A DNA stretch of 64,000 nucleotides from Marsupella aquatica (taxonomy: Eukaryota; Plantae; Marchantiophyta), in NCBI GenBank assembly GCA_973895155.1, contig OZ316893.1, positions 20,154,857 through 20,218,856 on the forward strand, given 5' to 3'. Below, piece by piece: positions 50,409 through 64,000 of this stretch. Position 1 is the stretch's first letter, and each line of letters starts with the position of its first letter. Made by a program: the position numbers and the translations under genes. The notes beneath the pieces were generated by a model. That model was not told the origin of the DNA. It saw only the letters and a program-made list of their open reading frames with translations, and ran no database searches.

Positions 50409-51704
50409 TAGCCGGCCGTACAGTATGTGGGGCTAGGTGGTTGAAAGGGGGAGGGCGAGGGCCTGGAAAAAGTACAGTATCAGGGGCACGGCTATGCCAG
50501 AGCGAGGGAGGCAGACCCAATGCCCTGTCCGTGGTCACACATCAAAATGTGATAATATAAAGTGTGCACTTATTGATTTATAGAAAATAAGGAGAGTTAT
50601 CATTGTATGGAGTGATGTCATATGCTGTATATGTCATAATTTGGTGTGCAGTTATTGGGATCTGGCCCAACGCAGGCCACATGGCAAGGTTGGGGCAGGG
50701 TACATTTAATAGTTTCATCATACAGTCTGCAGAAAATATCCATAGTCTTTTCATAAACCAACCACGACAACAAAAAGCTCGGCATTCCATACTATAGTGT
50801 TAGATTTTCTTTCAATTATACAGTAATTTCTGATTATTGTAGATTATTTCCTGGCTAACATTCCCCCTAGTGCATCAGGTGGTGGTGGATCAAACAGAAT
50901 TTTTTAGATATCAGCCAGAGTATCATTAGTCTGCCTGTTTTTAAGGTAAGTGATTGGCTAATTTTTGTCCACAAGAAATGGCTGCCTCCCCCCAAACCCA
51001 AATCTCCTCCAGTGATGGACTTGCATGTAGCAGCCCTTAGTTTATCGGCCCTCAGCAATTGCAAAATGATTTGCAAAATATGAAATACATTTGACAAGAG
51101 CATCTGTTTTTTACTGCTTGCTTTTGTCATATTAAGAAATCAAAGGTCAGGACCTCAGAAAGTTTCCAGCCCTTGCCCTCCCTTGGAAGTCCACAACCTT
51201 TACCAGCAGGCCTGGCACGAGAGGGGTTTTTGTGTCCATCTCTGGCTCATTTACATGTTGCCATGTGTTAGGTTGAGGGGCAGAAAATATAGGGCTGCTC
51301 ACATTCAAGTTGGCCCTAAAATAGATTTATTTGCTTTTTGAGGTAAAAGTGTCAAACTACAGCTCCCTCTATAGAAAGGCCCTGCCTCTAAGAGCATTTC
51401 CAAAGGTTTGCATGATTTACATCTCAGTAAATGTGTGAGTAGCAAGTTGAATGGTGGATGGGCTCGTTGGTGACAGAAGGCACCTGATGAGCATCCCCAC
51501 CTGACCTGCAATGTGCAACGGACTGTGATGATCTGATGTCAATTCCATTTTAGTCGCAGTCATCCAGGTGTCTAGCAAGGAGTCAATCTGTACCATCCAT
51601 GGTGGTAAGTGGGTGGGCGGGAACTCTCCGGTACACCAAAACTTGTCAGTTTGCATGGGCCATGTTCGAAGGAACCTCTAACCAAAACAATCGCTTCCCA
51701 AGAG

Positions 51705-52345
51705 GGGGTAATGGGATGTAATCGCAGAGGGCAATGAGCCCCGAGGGGGGTTACAGTCATTATCCACAAGTGGGGATGAATTACCAAGCATAAAACCTGA
51801 GTGAATTACTTGAACCATTCAGTTCAATTTTACATAGGAAAAGTCTCATCCATTACTGTCTGCCACTTGCATTTTACAATATTTCTCATTCAAATTTCAG
51901 AATCCCCAGGCCAGGCTGGCCCAGGGGCTCAGTGGCTTCACCCGGGGGTAATGTTTCATAACCTTATACACAGATACAAAAGAAAAAATTCAGAGGAGTC
52001 TATGTGTAGGGTAACCCATCCCCTAGAGGGAGTTGCAGCCATTGCCTCCAAATGGGGATGAGTTCCCAAGCCTAAAGCCTGACTGAATTTTTACACAACA
52101 TTCAATTCAGTTCTACATAGGAAAACTCTGATGCCATTGCCTCCAAATGGCGATGAGTTCCCAAACCTAAAGTCTGACTGAATTTTTACACAACATTCAA
52201 TTCAGTTCTACATAGGAAAAGTCTGATACTCACTCCACTTGAACTTTACTCTATTTTTCATTCAAATTTCATAATCCCAGGCCAAGCTTCACCCAAGGGT
52301 AATGCCTAATAACCTTGTACAAACATGCAAAGGAAAAAATCCACA
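51705..52345. repeat. Further copies of the 30628-31295 dispersed repeat family, with internal duplications
   Basis: Shares AATCCCCAGGCCAGGCTGGCCCAGGGG...GGCTTCACCCGGGGGTAATG with 31190-31240; 52038-52125 is duplicated at 52134-52220. Confidence 0.85.
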
Positions 52346-53558
52346 AAAGGGGTTTCCTGTGAAAGTTGAGGGAGGAGGAGGGAAGATTTATGTAGTCTTC
52401 TTTTGACCAAAGCGTTCTCGGTAGCCGAGGAGGGAGAGAAGATTCATTCACTCTTCGTATGACCAAAGCGTTCTTTGGTCCGGGCCTACTGTAGTTGTCT
52501 TTTTATCCCTATTAGATCTGGACTGCCCTGGTTTGTGTTGCACATCATTTATAAGGCACTGAGACTTCTCGTGTATTGCATAGTTACTTCGCCCAGGAAC
52601 CAGCGTGGACAAAATGTGACAAAATGAAGTAGCCTGGTCAGAAAGCTCTACCAGCAACACAGGTTGTTTCAAGGGCAATTGTCTTGGGAATAACGTGCAC
52701 CTCCTCCGTGGCCACCACAACGTGCCGGTGACCCATGTGTGAACCGAGTAGAAGTCATGGGAGAACTCTTCTAGACTTGGCAGCTTTGGCCAAGCATTCT
52801 CAGCCAACAAACACGTTACGCGAGGCCACCATGAATCATGAATCACGCCAGTGTTCAGAGACGCATTCATTCCACGGAACGTTCCACAAACTTCTGTACG
52901 AACATTTGAGGATCACAACTCCCCATCTGGGATGTATAAAGGAATACCTTGTAATGATACGCCATGAACATTGTACTAACCCTTTTCTGATCGGAAGTCT
53001 CCTAGTGAACAGTCAGATCTAACTCCCAGCCGAAGCGTGGCTTGGTGCCTACACGAGGGCGACTAACAGCAACACATCTGCCTGATGTGAAGTCACCCAA
53101 AACACAATGACTCTATGGTACAAAGCAGACGAAAGTGCTGTGAGAAGTGGATTCCACTTCATGCAAAGCACCTAGGGTGGAGGCCTCTAATCCACCAGTC
53201 TTAGTATGTCGCACCCTAATTTCCACCACCGAGGGTCACAACTATCATGCACAACACAATGTGTGCGCTCTACTGTCCCTTCACCCCAAGGTAAGACGCG
53301 GTTTCACCACAATTAGCCCTAGCTTTCATTCAGTAGAGGTCAATGGGCTAAAACGTGACGCAGAGGCCTTCATTCTACCAAAAACAACTGGAGAGAAGCC
53401 ATCAGTGTCAATTTTAGGCCCTCCGTGCCTTATCGCAGCACAATTTTTCATTTCCGTTTGTTACTGGGGCCACTCTGTAGTTAAAGTTGGGTCCCATATG
53501 ACGGTAGTTCCTAAATAGCAAACCCGCAATCCCAATATCATCTTTTCCCTTTCGATTC

Positions 53559-56500
53559 TCAGATGAAAGTTGTGCGCCCTCCTCGTCGACTTTGCTTGTC
53601 ATATGCCACGTTGAACTTATCTACCAACTCATTGATCGTGCTGATAACACAAACAATCACCCATGAGCTTCTGTTCAAACAAGTACCTTAAAATAGTCTG
53701 AATAATTGGCCTATGCCAGCCAGCTGAGGCCTCACACTAGTATATCCTGAGAGATTCTTTCTAGCTGCCTCGTCACATTCTTGAAGAAGAAGTAGCTACT
53801 GCAACGTTTTACCTTAGTCATCCTCCAACCCATCTGAACTGTTTACAAAAATTATTTAACCAATGGAGATGACCTGCAACAACTATGACATACCTTGAGC
53901 ACTTTGTTATTGTAGCCAAATAAGTCATGAGCAATGTATCGTTATACTCCTGCAAAACAAATACACCAATGTATGAAACGGGACTCTAACAAGGACCCAA
54001 CAAACAAACGAAAAACACATGGACTCTGTGAGCCTTTGCAAATCAACCACTTAGTACACCGGTTAATGGTCCTCTTCCCAGAAACCCATGACAAACAAAC
54101 GAATGGGATTCATTATTACACAAATTATAAAACTCATCAACTTACCATGAGAAAATCATCTTGGAACTTTGGAGAATCAATTGCCGGCAGTCTTCTGACG
54201 AGGCTAGATATCTGCCGCAAGAGAGAATGTTCGTATGGGATTTCTCCTGAACAATGACAAACAAACAAAATTAGACACTCCAATATAACTAAATTCATAC
54301 CCAATTCTAGGAATAAGGATCGGATTCAAGTGAGTGTAGGGAAAACGACGAAACTAACAACCTATTAACACTGTACAATCAAAGTAAGAGATGAGTTTTG
54401 AAGCAGTTGTTATATTCTCACGGACAAGGAACTGAAGAAAACACCCCTCACCTTTCTGAATAGATACTAGATGCTGGTGCAGGATTTTTATTCGACTATT
54501 GAGCATCTTAATGGCACTGTGCATGCCCGTCAAGTGAGTTGCCACTGTTTAAAAACAGCCACAGTTAGCTCAACAAAGATAATACAAGAACGCAATTAAT
54601 TTCAAGGTTACCATACCATCTCCTCAAGAAAATACCACCTTTGAACATGCTACTGAGGTCAACTCACATTGTGTGGTTGCTGTGCTTCCATCTGATGGCT
54701 TGATGTGTGCAACATGGTCAACTGATATTCTTTCCGCCTCGACAGTCTGCAAGAAAAATACACTCTCCGTCATATTGACTTCCACTAAGGATGGAAGAAC
54801 CGGCGACTGTACCGCCTGCGATAATATCTTAATAAGCACCAGCAATGCATATAAACTATAATATCTTAATAAGCACCAGCAATGCATATAAACTATGGCT
54901 GCAAAGTAGTACCTCAATCGTATAACTGGATTTCACGAAGATCAGGGATGGAACACCTTCAATGATGTGTAACTCTGCAAAGAAAACGAGACAAGTCAAG
55001 ATTACAACACGTGTCCTGCAAGTAATTTAACACCTTCGAGATCTTATCCTATCTGGACCCTGTAATTTGGCGAGGTTTCTAAAAAAGCAATAAACAAACG
55101 AGATGTGCCAAAAAGTGTTGAGTTTCTTACTTGCAAAAAGGCAAACCCTAGCAAAATGAATTAAAGGAGAAATCCTTCCTGACCAACCTTCAAAGCAGGA
55201 AACCAATCTGTAAAGATAAACATAGACAAACATACCACTTTCAAATAGAGTGATCGGCAGATCCTTCTGCGCATGATTTATGGCCGGATTGAGAAGAATA
55301 AAAATCGGGCTCTCATTGATGTCCATTAGCTGATTGAAAACAAATCACAGCGATGTCATTAACATAACTTGGCCCTCTGGTGATGAATGATAATTCAATT
55401 TCAGGCCTGTCTTTCGTCTTCAGAACCCTAAATTCTCCTTCCTTTCAATTAAAACCCGAGATATATCAATGCCCCGTACATCACAAACACGGCAAGTCAC
55501 TGGCAAATGTTGCGGGTTGCAGGTGATGAACGAGCTTGAAGAGAACAAAGAGAAAATCATGAACGTATAGAACCACGTCCACGTCAAGGGTGAACACCCT
55601 AACGGCAAAATTTCTCACCGCTTTATGAATTTGCATATCACTATCCTGGACATCACTTCCAGTAGAATACCAGCCAAGAACATCGTATTTGGGGAAGACC
55701 TTCTTATCTGAAAGAGTCAAATCAACAGAGAACTGTTGTCAGCTTGATAATTTGGTTCATTTCTCTAGACTACAACAAGGTGATCTCAGATCAAAATTCC
55801 AGCGGCACCTTGGGCAACGGGCAATACAGTTCTCTGAACTAACTTCATCACTAGGCTACCAAATTGGCCCCCAAACGGCTCCGTCCACCATTTCTGATTT
55901 CTTGTGATGAGAAAGGTGCCCTGCTGTCCACACTTTCGAAAAAAGTCATCCGCACGCTATAATTTTATCCTGATCAGAGTCTGCATAAATTTACAGTTTG
56001 CGAAACCTATGCGTGAAAGACTAAAGCCGAGGAAAAATGAGAAGTACAGAAGGACCTCGTCGTGCTGACTTATGCAATCCACACGGTTCCTCAATTTAGC
56101 TCACTCTACTCATCAAGAGAGCCATGACTAAGGTAATTCACTGGGTGTTCAAAATGCCCGCACTCTTAGAAAAGATCCCAAACACAGCTAGGGTTAGGGT
56201 AAAAGGAAAGAAAACATAGGAGAATTAAGAACAACTCAGGAGGAAGATCTCGGCACAGAGGAACGGGTTTCACAACAGAAAATGAAGGACGACGGAAATC
56301 TCACATTGCTCCTGCTTGGTTTCTAGGAATGGCCGATCCAAGCATTCGAGAGCCGGGTCATATGTGAGCTCAAAGCTGTTGAAGACTTCCACGGTGCGCC
56401 CCGTCTGCACGCCAATAACACAACCAAACACTCTCGGAGCGGGGCGAGGCGCACTCCCGGCTCCTCCACTGTTCTGCGCCTTGACTCGCGTGTGATGATC

Positions 56501-56560
56501 TGCGATGTTCACTATCACCAGAGGATGCAGCTTAAAAGTGAGGCCACTACTTGACGACAT
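53559..56560 (-). CDS. CSN6: COP9 signalosome subunit 6 (MPN domain), 9 exons
   Basis: MSSSSGLTFKLHPLVIVNIADHHTRVKAQ...VFGCVIGVQTGRTVEVFNSFEL, YKKVFPKYDVLGWYSTG, MDINESP, TVEAERISVDHVAH, ATHLTGMHSAIKMLNSRI, EYNDTLLMTYLA, TINELVDKFNVAYDKQSRRGGRTTFI*; all 8 introns GT-AG and in phase. Confidence 0.97.
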
Positions 56561-57189
56561 AATTCCCGAGCGAAGTGAGGGCTCTCCCTAACAAAAATGT
56601 TGTCCTTCCGTCCGCCTGCAGGATCCTTTGTCCGCAGGGAGAAATCTCACGGGACAGGGGAAGAAACCGGGTGGGTTTCTTAACTTTTGTCAGTTGCTTG
56701 TTAAGCCATGATAACCGGGAGTCCCGATTGCCGCAGAGACATTCAAGTGAACTGCAGGGGCCATCATTGCAGACATTTTAGTACGTCAAATTCATAGATC
56801 ACTGAATCCTCGAAACGCCCGTGCACAGACACAGTGTTCGTATATCCTGCGCTGAGTTTCGAAAAAAGCTTAAACCTAATGTAGTTGCGAGCGAAACCGA
56901 GTGTGAGTAGATCGAGTTAAGATTTCTTTGCGCGAGCTGTAGAACATGCTTCGACCTGGTTGCGAAAAACTTGAACGAGACAGAGTGTTAAATATTTGGG
57001 CTCAGACTGTTGCGCGGAGCTTCAACGCAATGCTGAGACCTACTCTTGTCGTTGACAGCGAATAGACGAATGAGACGAGCGCTCGCAAGACTGAGTGCAA
57101 GGAGGAGTGAGCTTCCAAAGTGAGGGTCTTATTACTGCCCAACCCTTTAACGAGGGAACCAGCTAGCCGGGGGATGAGCCGGGGGACTT

Positions 57190-57543
57190 AGAGGTCCCAA
57201 GTTCAAACCCCCTCCACTAAGAGGAGATGTGGGGCGTGGGTGTGTAGTGGGGCATGGTGTGTAGTGGGGCGTTGTGTTAAGATAGTGGGTGCCTATCTCT
57301 GTGCATGGTGTGGAGTGGGGCATTGTGTTGGAGTTGGATGTTGTGTTTGAGTGTGACCCTAGTATTGAGAGGTCCCAAGTTCAAACCCCCTCCACTAAGA
57401 GGAGATGTGGGGCGTGGGTCAGACATCTCTGTGCATGGTGCGTAGTGGGGCATGGTGTGTACTGGGCCGTTGTGTCTATGTCTGTGCATGGTGTGGAGTG
57501 GGGCATTGTGTTCGAGTTGGATGTTGTGTTTGAGTGTGACCCT
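57190..57543. repeat. ~178-bp direct duplication, GT-rich, starting with a Pol III B-box-like motif
   Basis: AGAGGTCCCAAGTTCAAACCCCCTCCACTAAGAGGAGATGTGGGGCGTGGGT at ~57190 and ~57368. Confidence 0.85.
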
Positions 57544-58774
57544 AAAATGGGTAAAAATTCATGAATCATATGACAATGTCAACACTCAAACACAACGCCA
57601 ATTCAAACACAACGTCCATTTTTGAACAATGCTTTTCAAGTACAAAAATTGAAAAAAAGTACAAAAATTGAAAACCTATAGTCAAAGCTCAAATACAATG
57701 ACCCAAGCGCCCCCATGGCCCACTATTCGGATACAAGGCTATGGCACTGTGTTTGGAGGTAGCCTGATTACCCATTCCTGAAAAGTAACTAGAAATTGAT
57801 CCACAAAAACTTGCAAAAAAATGCTCTTATCACTTTGCCATCATAGTTGCCCCCATCCCTGGTTTCTAGATACACTTATAGTCAGAGCATTTCCTGGTCA
57901 TCTTTGCTTCCATCCTTGTTTTTTGGATGCACTGTCTTTCAATTATCCCCTAGAGTCACCGTCATTTCTCGTTCATATTTGCTCCCATCTTTGTTCCCTG
58001 TTTTCTGGATGCACTTCCAGTTATACTCTTAGACACACGATCTAAAGACTTCTCTCTAGACCTTAGCCCTGAACACTAGGTCTCTATTGTGCTTTGTTAT
58101 CAAGTTTATTAGTAAAATTATCTCTATTGTCCCTCATTAACCGGTACTATCTGACCCTAGCTAATACCTTGTTATGATTTTTCTCTCGATCCTTGTTTTT
58201 GGATGCACATGATTAATTGGTTTTGGGGGAAGACAACAGGGTACTAGCCTATCAATAATTACGGACCCCCACTAGGGGTTCTTTGGAAAATTCCTGGCAC
58301 AGGAGTGTGCCATGTCAGCGTGGATGTAGACAAATAAGACAAGACCAGTTTGCAACATAAAATAACCGCCCCAGTCATGTTTGCAGAAAAATTTGTGTAA
58401 CTTTTGGGTCGCCAAGCCGTAAATCCTTAGAGTAAAAAGGAGGATATGATTTTTCTTAAATAATAACCTTTTTACTTACCTATTGATTTTTTGTAAATTG
58501 AGAATAATACATTTAAACAATATATTCACATTAAAATTTGGTTATAACCGGATGGATAAGTCGGCATTTAATATTAAAGTGTAGTTAAGTAACTACCCTT
58601 AATATGAGTAACCACCTAGGGTCTCCTAGACCCTAGGAGACCAGAATTGGCATCTCCCCCATTCATGCTCCTCGTTCCCAGCCATCTCCGTAGACTCCTA
58701 TCCGGCAGCGGCAATCCTACTGCAGCAACCCTTCTAGCTGCCGCTGGTGTTGAGACAGGGAACTGAGTCGATGG

Positions 58775-59117
58775 TGTTGAGCATAGACGACACTCGTAAC
58801 GGTAAGCACATGACACATCCAACGCGCAAGTAGTCGACACAAGAGATACGTGGTTCACCTCCTCGAGGCTACGTCCACGGGAACACACAAGAGAGCTTTA
58901 CTCAACTCTAAGCCCGTCGGCCATACCAAGTCTCCACAGTGTAAGCTCTCCTCATCTCTCAAGTGACTGCATAACAATGAGCCTAAGTTCCACTTATCCA
59001 AGCAAACACCGTTTGGCATATAGTGTGCATCCTAGTTAACCTAACCACGTCTCCGACTATGGTTAGTCTAACTATGGTTACATGTCGTAACCCTAGACCT
59101 TGAGTAAATACCTAACA
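58775..59117 (-). mobile_element. Solo LTR, Ty1/Copia-like (343 bp)
   Basis: TGTT...AACA termini; flanks GATGG/TATGG (4/5 TSD match). The minus strand carries CCCGTGGACGTAG...GAACCACGTATCTCTTGTGTC, a motif common in plant Copia LTRs. Confidence 0.7.
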
Positions 59118-59477
59118 TATGGAGGGTATGGGTGGCTGGTGTATGATTGGGGGGTGTATTAAATGTCTTTAGTGTCCCTGGTTGACCGCTTTGTGACCCT
59201 AGTATGGGATCCCCTGTTATAGCTACCCTATAAAATTGCATACTACAAAAATAATCATCTGGATGGATGAATTTTCTCTTAGTTCCAAGGTGAACTACGC
59301 TGCAACGGGCCCTACAATTTTGCATAGTCCAAACATAATCGTTTTAGGATGGACACATTTCCTTTGAGTTCAAAGGCAAAGAAAAAACCACAACAAGAGG
59401 GATGGTTTTCCTCGGTGTTCCAAAGCAAAAAAAAACTATACAATACTGAGAGATAAAATTAGTATTTAAGTGCACCA

Positions 59478-62450
59478 TCTGAGTCTGAAGCTCGGGCGGT
59501 AAGGGAGGCACGTCAACGGCTATTAGGAAATACCAGGAAGGCATTGACAGAGGCACAATCGAGTCTACTGGAGGCCCTTCCTTTACTTAAGGAGGTGGAA
59601 GAGACAATTTGGATGTTACCTGCGGATAAGGCCCCTGGGCCTGATGGCCTCACAATTGAGGTATTCAGACGGTGCTGGTCCTTCATGAAGGATGACATGA
59701 TGAGAATGATAAAGGCTTTTTGGATGAATGGGGATCTGGCTTGCTCTATCAAGTTGGGGATAATCAAATTCATCCCCAAGAAACCTGATAAGAGAAGATT
59801 GAAAGACTGGAGGCCACTCACGATGCTAAATACAGTATACAAGATCATTGCTAAACTGCTGGCTGTGAGGTTGAAAGTGCTGCTCCCTTCCCTTATCAGT
59901 GTGCAGCAGACTGGATTCATTCCGGGGAGACATATTCTTGAGAATATTTCTATTGCATGGCTTACAGAGGATTGGGTTAAGCATAACAAATGTGAGTCCC
60001 TTTTTCTGAAATTGGACTTTGAGAAGGCCTTTGATCGAGTCAGTCACTCTTACATCTGGGAGACAATGCACCTACTTGGGCTAAGTGCACATTTTATTTT
60101 GCTGGTGAAGGGTCTGTTAAGCAATTTTGCTTAGTTCTCGAATCCATGTAAATGGGATGGTTTCAGGGGAGGTGTTGCTGCTGCGGGGGGTGAGACAGGG
60201 CTGCCGCTCTCACCTCTGCTTTTCGCCATCTCTATGCAACCTCTGATGGACTTTTTGGATGCTGAGATTAAAGCGGGAAGACTTAGTGGAATTCAGATTA
60301 CACCGGGAATGACTGTATGCTATCGATTGTTTGCAGATGACCTGGGTATGGTTATACCGGCCACGGAGGTGGCTTTTGTTCAAACTAGGGATGCGCTGGC
60401 TGTCTATGAGTTGGCCTCCGGGGCTCGCCTTAACCTCCGCAAGTCAGTGATAATACCATTGGCGCTTGAGGTGATACCTGAGTGGCTGGTTCAGTCTGGG
60501 TGTACTATCAGTGGATCTGGTGAGGTGCAACGGTATCTGGGGGCTCCCTTTGGCCGGGACATTTTAACAACTAAACTGCATGACTTTTGTTTGGATAAAA
60601 TTGCGCTTAGGTTGTCATGTTGGACTACTCGACTTCTATCGTTCACCGGGCAATCTCTTCGGGTTAAACATGTATTGCAGGCAATACCAATTTATCATAT
60701 GGTGTTTCTTAAGTCCTCTGTAGCGCTGGGGAAAAAGATGACAGCGCTTTGTTGTAACTTCCTATGGGGCTATAATCCGGCTGGTGGGAGGAAGGTCCCG
60801 CTGGTGGCCTAGGGTACCTTGACTCGACCCAAGGTGATGGGAGGTTTAGGCTTCAAGGACTTTCAGGTCCATTCGGATGCTTTGCTGTGTCAGTGGTTTA
60901 CTAAAGCTTTGGACCACCCTAATACGGAGTGGGCCCAGCTTTTTGGGGCTAATCTTTGTTTGGCTAAGTGGAAAAATTATAAGAATATTAGAAGAAATGG
61001 CTATTCAGTGACAGATAGGATTTTACTTTGTTCACCATCAAATTTTGGTAAATTAAGGTATACTGGGAGTCTGTGGAAGGCTTGGGAACCACTCAGGTTA
61101 TTCCTGGTTTTCTGCCCTCGGGAGGGGGATATCCCAGGGCACTGGGGCTTTTCTGACCTGATCAAATGTTTGGAAGGATTTCAATCTCTATCGGAGGACT
61201 ATCTGAACTCGGTTGCTGAGGTTTGTGGCCGTATTGGCCTTAAGAGAGTTGATGCACTATGGTCGGGGAGTAAAAGATGTTGGATCTCGGTGGCAGAACC
61301 ATTGGACAGGATTCGTGGAATCGATCAGGCACTCAAAACTCTTTGTATGGAGGTGATTGGAGTGATCTCCTCTGCCAGGACTTGTTTGGCTGGGGCTTCT
61401 ACTAGACCTACTAGACCTGCTTCATGGAGATGGATTGAAAGTGAAGATAGGCTGAGAATGTTTAGGCTTGATAACAGAAGGATCTATCAATTACTTTGGC
61501 CCAAAGGTTTGGAGATGAATCGGCTCAATAGGATTTGGGGAGGCACTAGGACAAAGAGAGAATGGAGTAAGTTGTGGCTCAATTTGTGGACACTTGATAT
61601 CTCTACACATGCCAAGACCTTTATATGGAGGATCACTGCGCAGGGTCTGTTCTCTGGAGTCGGGCATTGAAAATTGGGAAAGGAAACGGAAGATGTCTGC
61701 TGTGTCATGATGCTTGGGAATAAATCCCCATATCTTTTTTGAGTGTCGACATGCTCGGCGTTGCTGGCAGGTAACACAGGACTGTCTGGTTGGATGGTTC
61801 AACTGGCTTAATGTGGCTCTTCTCCCATTGTTGGACTCCATTGTGGGGAGGGATTGTGTTTGCACTCTGAAGGCCTTTATCTATTCAGGTCTTGTGGACG
61901 ATATGGCTGGGCAGAAATGAGTAGACATTTGATCATAGGAAGAGAAGAAGTTTTGATCTCTCACTGGTTTTATCTGAGGTAAATGACATGTTATTGGCGG
62001 CTGGGAGATCTTCTCCTCCAAGCAGGAAACACACCCGACTTCTCCGTGCCAAAGAGTTGGCAATGAACATCAGAGCTCGTTTGATCTCACAAAGGGGAAT
62101 TAGATTTGCTACATAGGCTTGCTAGACGTCTGTGGGGCTGGTAGATTCTGTTGACAAATGGTGATTGTTGGGATCTCTCCCATTTCGTGGACTGTGAAAA
62201 TCTGCAATCTGTTGGAGGCTTTTGATTAGGGGAATGCTCTGGGACTTGTCTGTGCTTCTGAGAAGATAGTAGGCTTTGGATTGTGCGGCACTTATTTATG
62301 GATTCTCAAGGTCACTTGCCTGTTGGCTTTTATGTTGTTTTTTTTGGCCTTTCTGGCTTCTGTTGCCTTTGGGCTTGCTGGTTCCCCTCATCCGTGGGGT
62401 TCACGCGGAATAAATGTTTAATTTTAAAAAAAAATTAAAAAAAATTTAAA
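59478..62450 (+). mobile_element. 5'-truncated L1-clade LINE retrotransposon, inactivated ORF2 (reverse transcriptase plus C-terminal region)
   Basis: RT motifs KAPGPDG, WRPLTMLN..YKIIAK, QTGFIPGR, KLDFEKAFDRV, LFADD, RYLG, LGFKD, broken by frameshifts and a W->TAG at 60810. AATAAA and an A-rich tail at 62409-62450. 17-bp TSD AGTATTTAAGTGCACCA at 59461-59477 and 62451-62467. Confidence 0.96.
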
Positions 62451-64000
62451 AGTATTTAAGTGCACCAATGATTTTGCATAATATGTGTTTTGTTCCTGAC
62501 TAGATTAGGGTAGTTTGTGCTCCAATTCGCCTTTGTTTTGTTTTTTATCTCACTGTGATGTGGCCATACAATTTAGGTGCTCCAATTTGTCTCCTTGTGT
62601 CACTCTTATCTTATTATATTGTGACCTTACAGTTTATGTGTGCCACTTAATTAGTCTCCTTGCTTTTTGCTCATCTCATGGTGTTGCGGCCTTATAGTTT
62701 AGGTAAACCCTGAACACTTGGTCACCTCATTTTCAATGTCTTTTGTCTCTGTTGTTTTTTCAACAAAAAAAAGCTAATGTCCCTTAGTTTTGTTTTTCTT
62801 TCCAAATGCAGAAAGGTTCATGCCCCATTCTTTTTGTTTCCAAGGTAAAAAGGTATGTGCCAAAGATGCTTGACGAAGCCTTCTTACGAATCAAAGTTCA
62901 TAACACAAATGATAAATTGTGTATTTTCCTTTATGTCCATTCCTAGAAAGGAGGCTCGTGTCCAATAAGACATCCTCCTGGAATGCACTCTTCCTACAAG
63001 CATTTTCATGGGTTAAGGCAGAGCAGGGTGCCAGTGCAGCATGATGCCATCCAATGCTGTTTGGTGGGGTGAGGTAAGCCATGATTGTCTTATGCAAGAA
63101 GGTGTTGTGCTTGCACTAGTGCCCTGGGTCGCAAAATGACCAACCATAGTGAAAGCTCATGCATAAATTCTCAAAACAAATCCATCAGCATGTTTGTGGC
63201 TATACTTGCGCTAACCCAGCCCCGAGGTCCTCACTTATTTCCTTTCTACCCATCACAAAATAAGTATAGGGTTGGTTTGTTGGGTTTAGAAAGATAATTT
63301 TAAATTTTTGTAGAAGAACATTAGGGTTTTTTAAATCCAATTTTGAGAATCATAAAAAACAGATAGGGTCTTAGAATGAATTTTGGGAATATTTTTAGAA
63401 TATTCCCAAAAGATAGGGGTAGACAAATAGTTCAAAAAACTTCTTATTTTTTAGGGTGTTTAGTAGCTAAAAATGCAGAGGGTGATATGAGAACCCCTTT
63501 AGAGTGAGGCCCCCAAGAACCCAACATCATACCAACCAGGTCACCAACTCTGTAGGCTGTAACTAAGTTGATTGCCTACTATTGTAAACCCTCCCCTCCA
63601 AGCTTGGTTTGATGCCAAAGTGCATGCAGACTTTTGTCGCAAATTTTACTATTTTGCGCATTTTGCCAGTAGGACAAGAAACTTCTCCAATTTGCACAAA
63701 ATGTTTGGGAGGCCAGTTTCACTAGTACATTTTGAGCCCTTTTACCGATCCTCTTTCTATCGGACGCCTTCGGAAAATCTGCGGTGAAACTTTAAGACAT
63801 CCGATTGTTTCTATTTTGCAAAGTCCAATTTCCCAAGAATCGGAAAAAGACAATCGGAAATGAATCGAAACTACCAATTATTTTGGGATCGGACGTTTCG
63901 TTTATTTTTGTTTCGGATTTTACGGTGCCCGATTTATTGTGTATCGGATATTCCTTCCGTCCATTCTAGCAAAGTTGGGAATTCCTATACAAATGTGATG

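Noticed and set aside
52448-53030. Possible degraded LINE 3' region (WRIITR-like motif)
   Set aside because: The motif is too weak and no RT motifs or tail are nearby.

Overview
Eukaryotic nuclear DNA from a land plant with GT-AG introns. It is most likely a bryophyte or liverwort with flagellated sperm (inference from a CCDC96/CFAP184-like ciliary gene plus PsaO). Genes reconstructed by hand-splicing: 3' end of RPS19 (+); on the minus strand a TRM/LONGIFOLIA-like DUF4378 protein, a mitochondrial-type S31/bTHX, an orphan ~880-aa low-complexity protein, a CCDC96-like protein, PsaO and CSN6. The intergenic DNA is rich in repeats: a 5'-truncated L1-type LINE with a 17-bp TSD, a Copia-like solo LTR, two foldback elements, nested TA-flanked MITEs, a Helitron-like 3' end and a fragment of an RLE-type non-LTR element. 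Decayed gene fragments include HSP60 (introns retained), a DnaJ-like Zn finger, a kelch repeat and a tRNA-like relic. I found no prokaryotic system or CRISPR array, and no new multi-gene system that I can support. The best leads are the near-perfect ~300-bp-arm foldback with a 10-bp TSD, the cluster of gene fragments at 23-27.7 kb, and the orphan repeat protein. All family calls come from motif recognition, not database searches.
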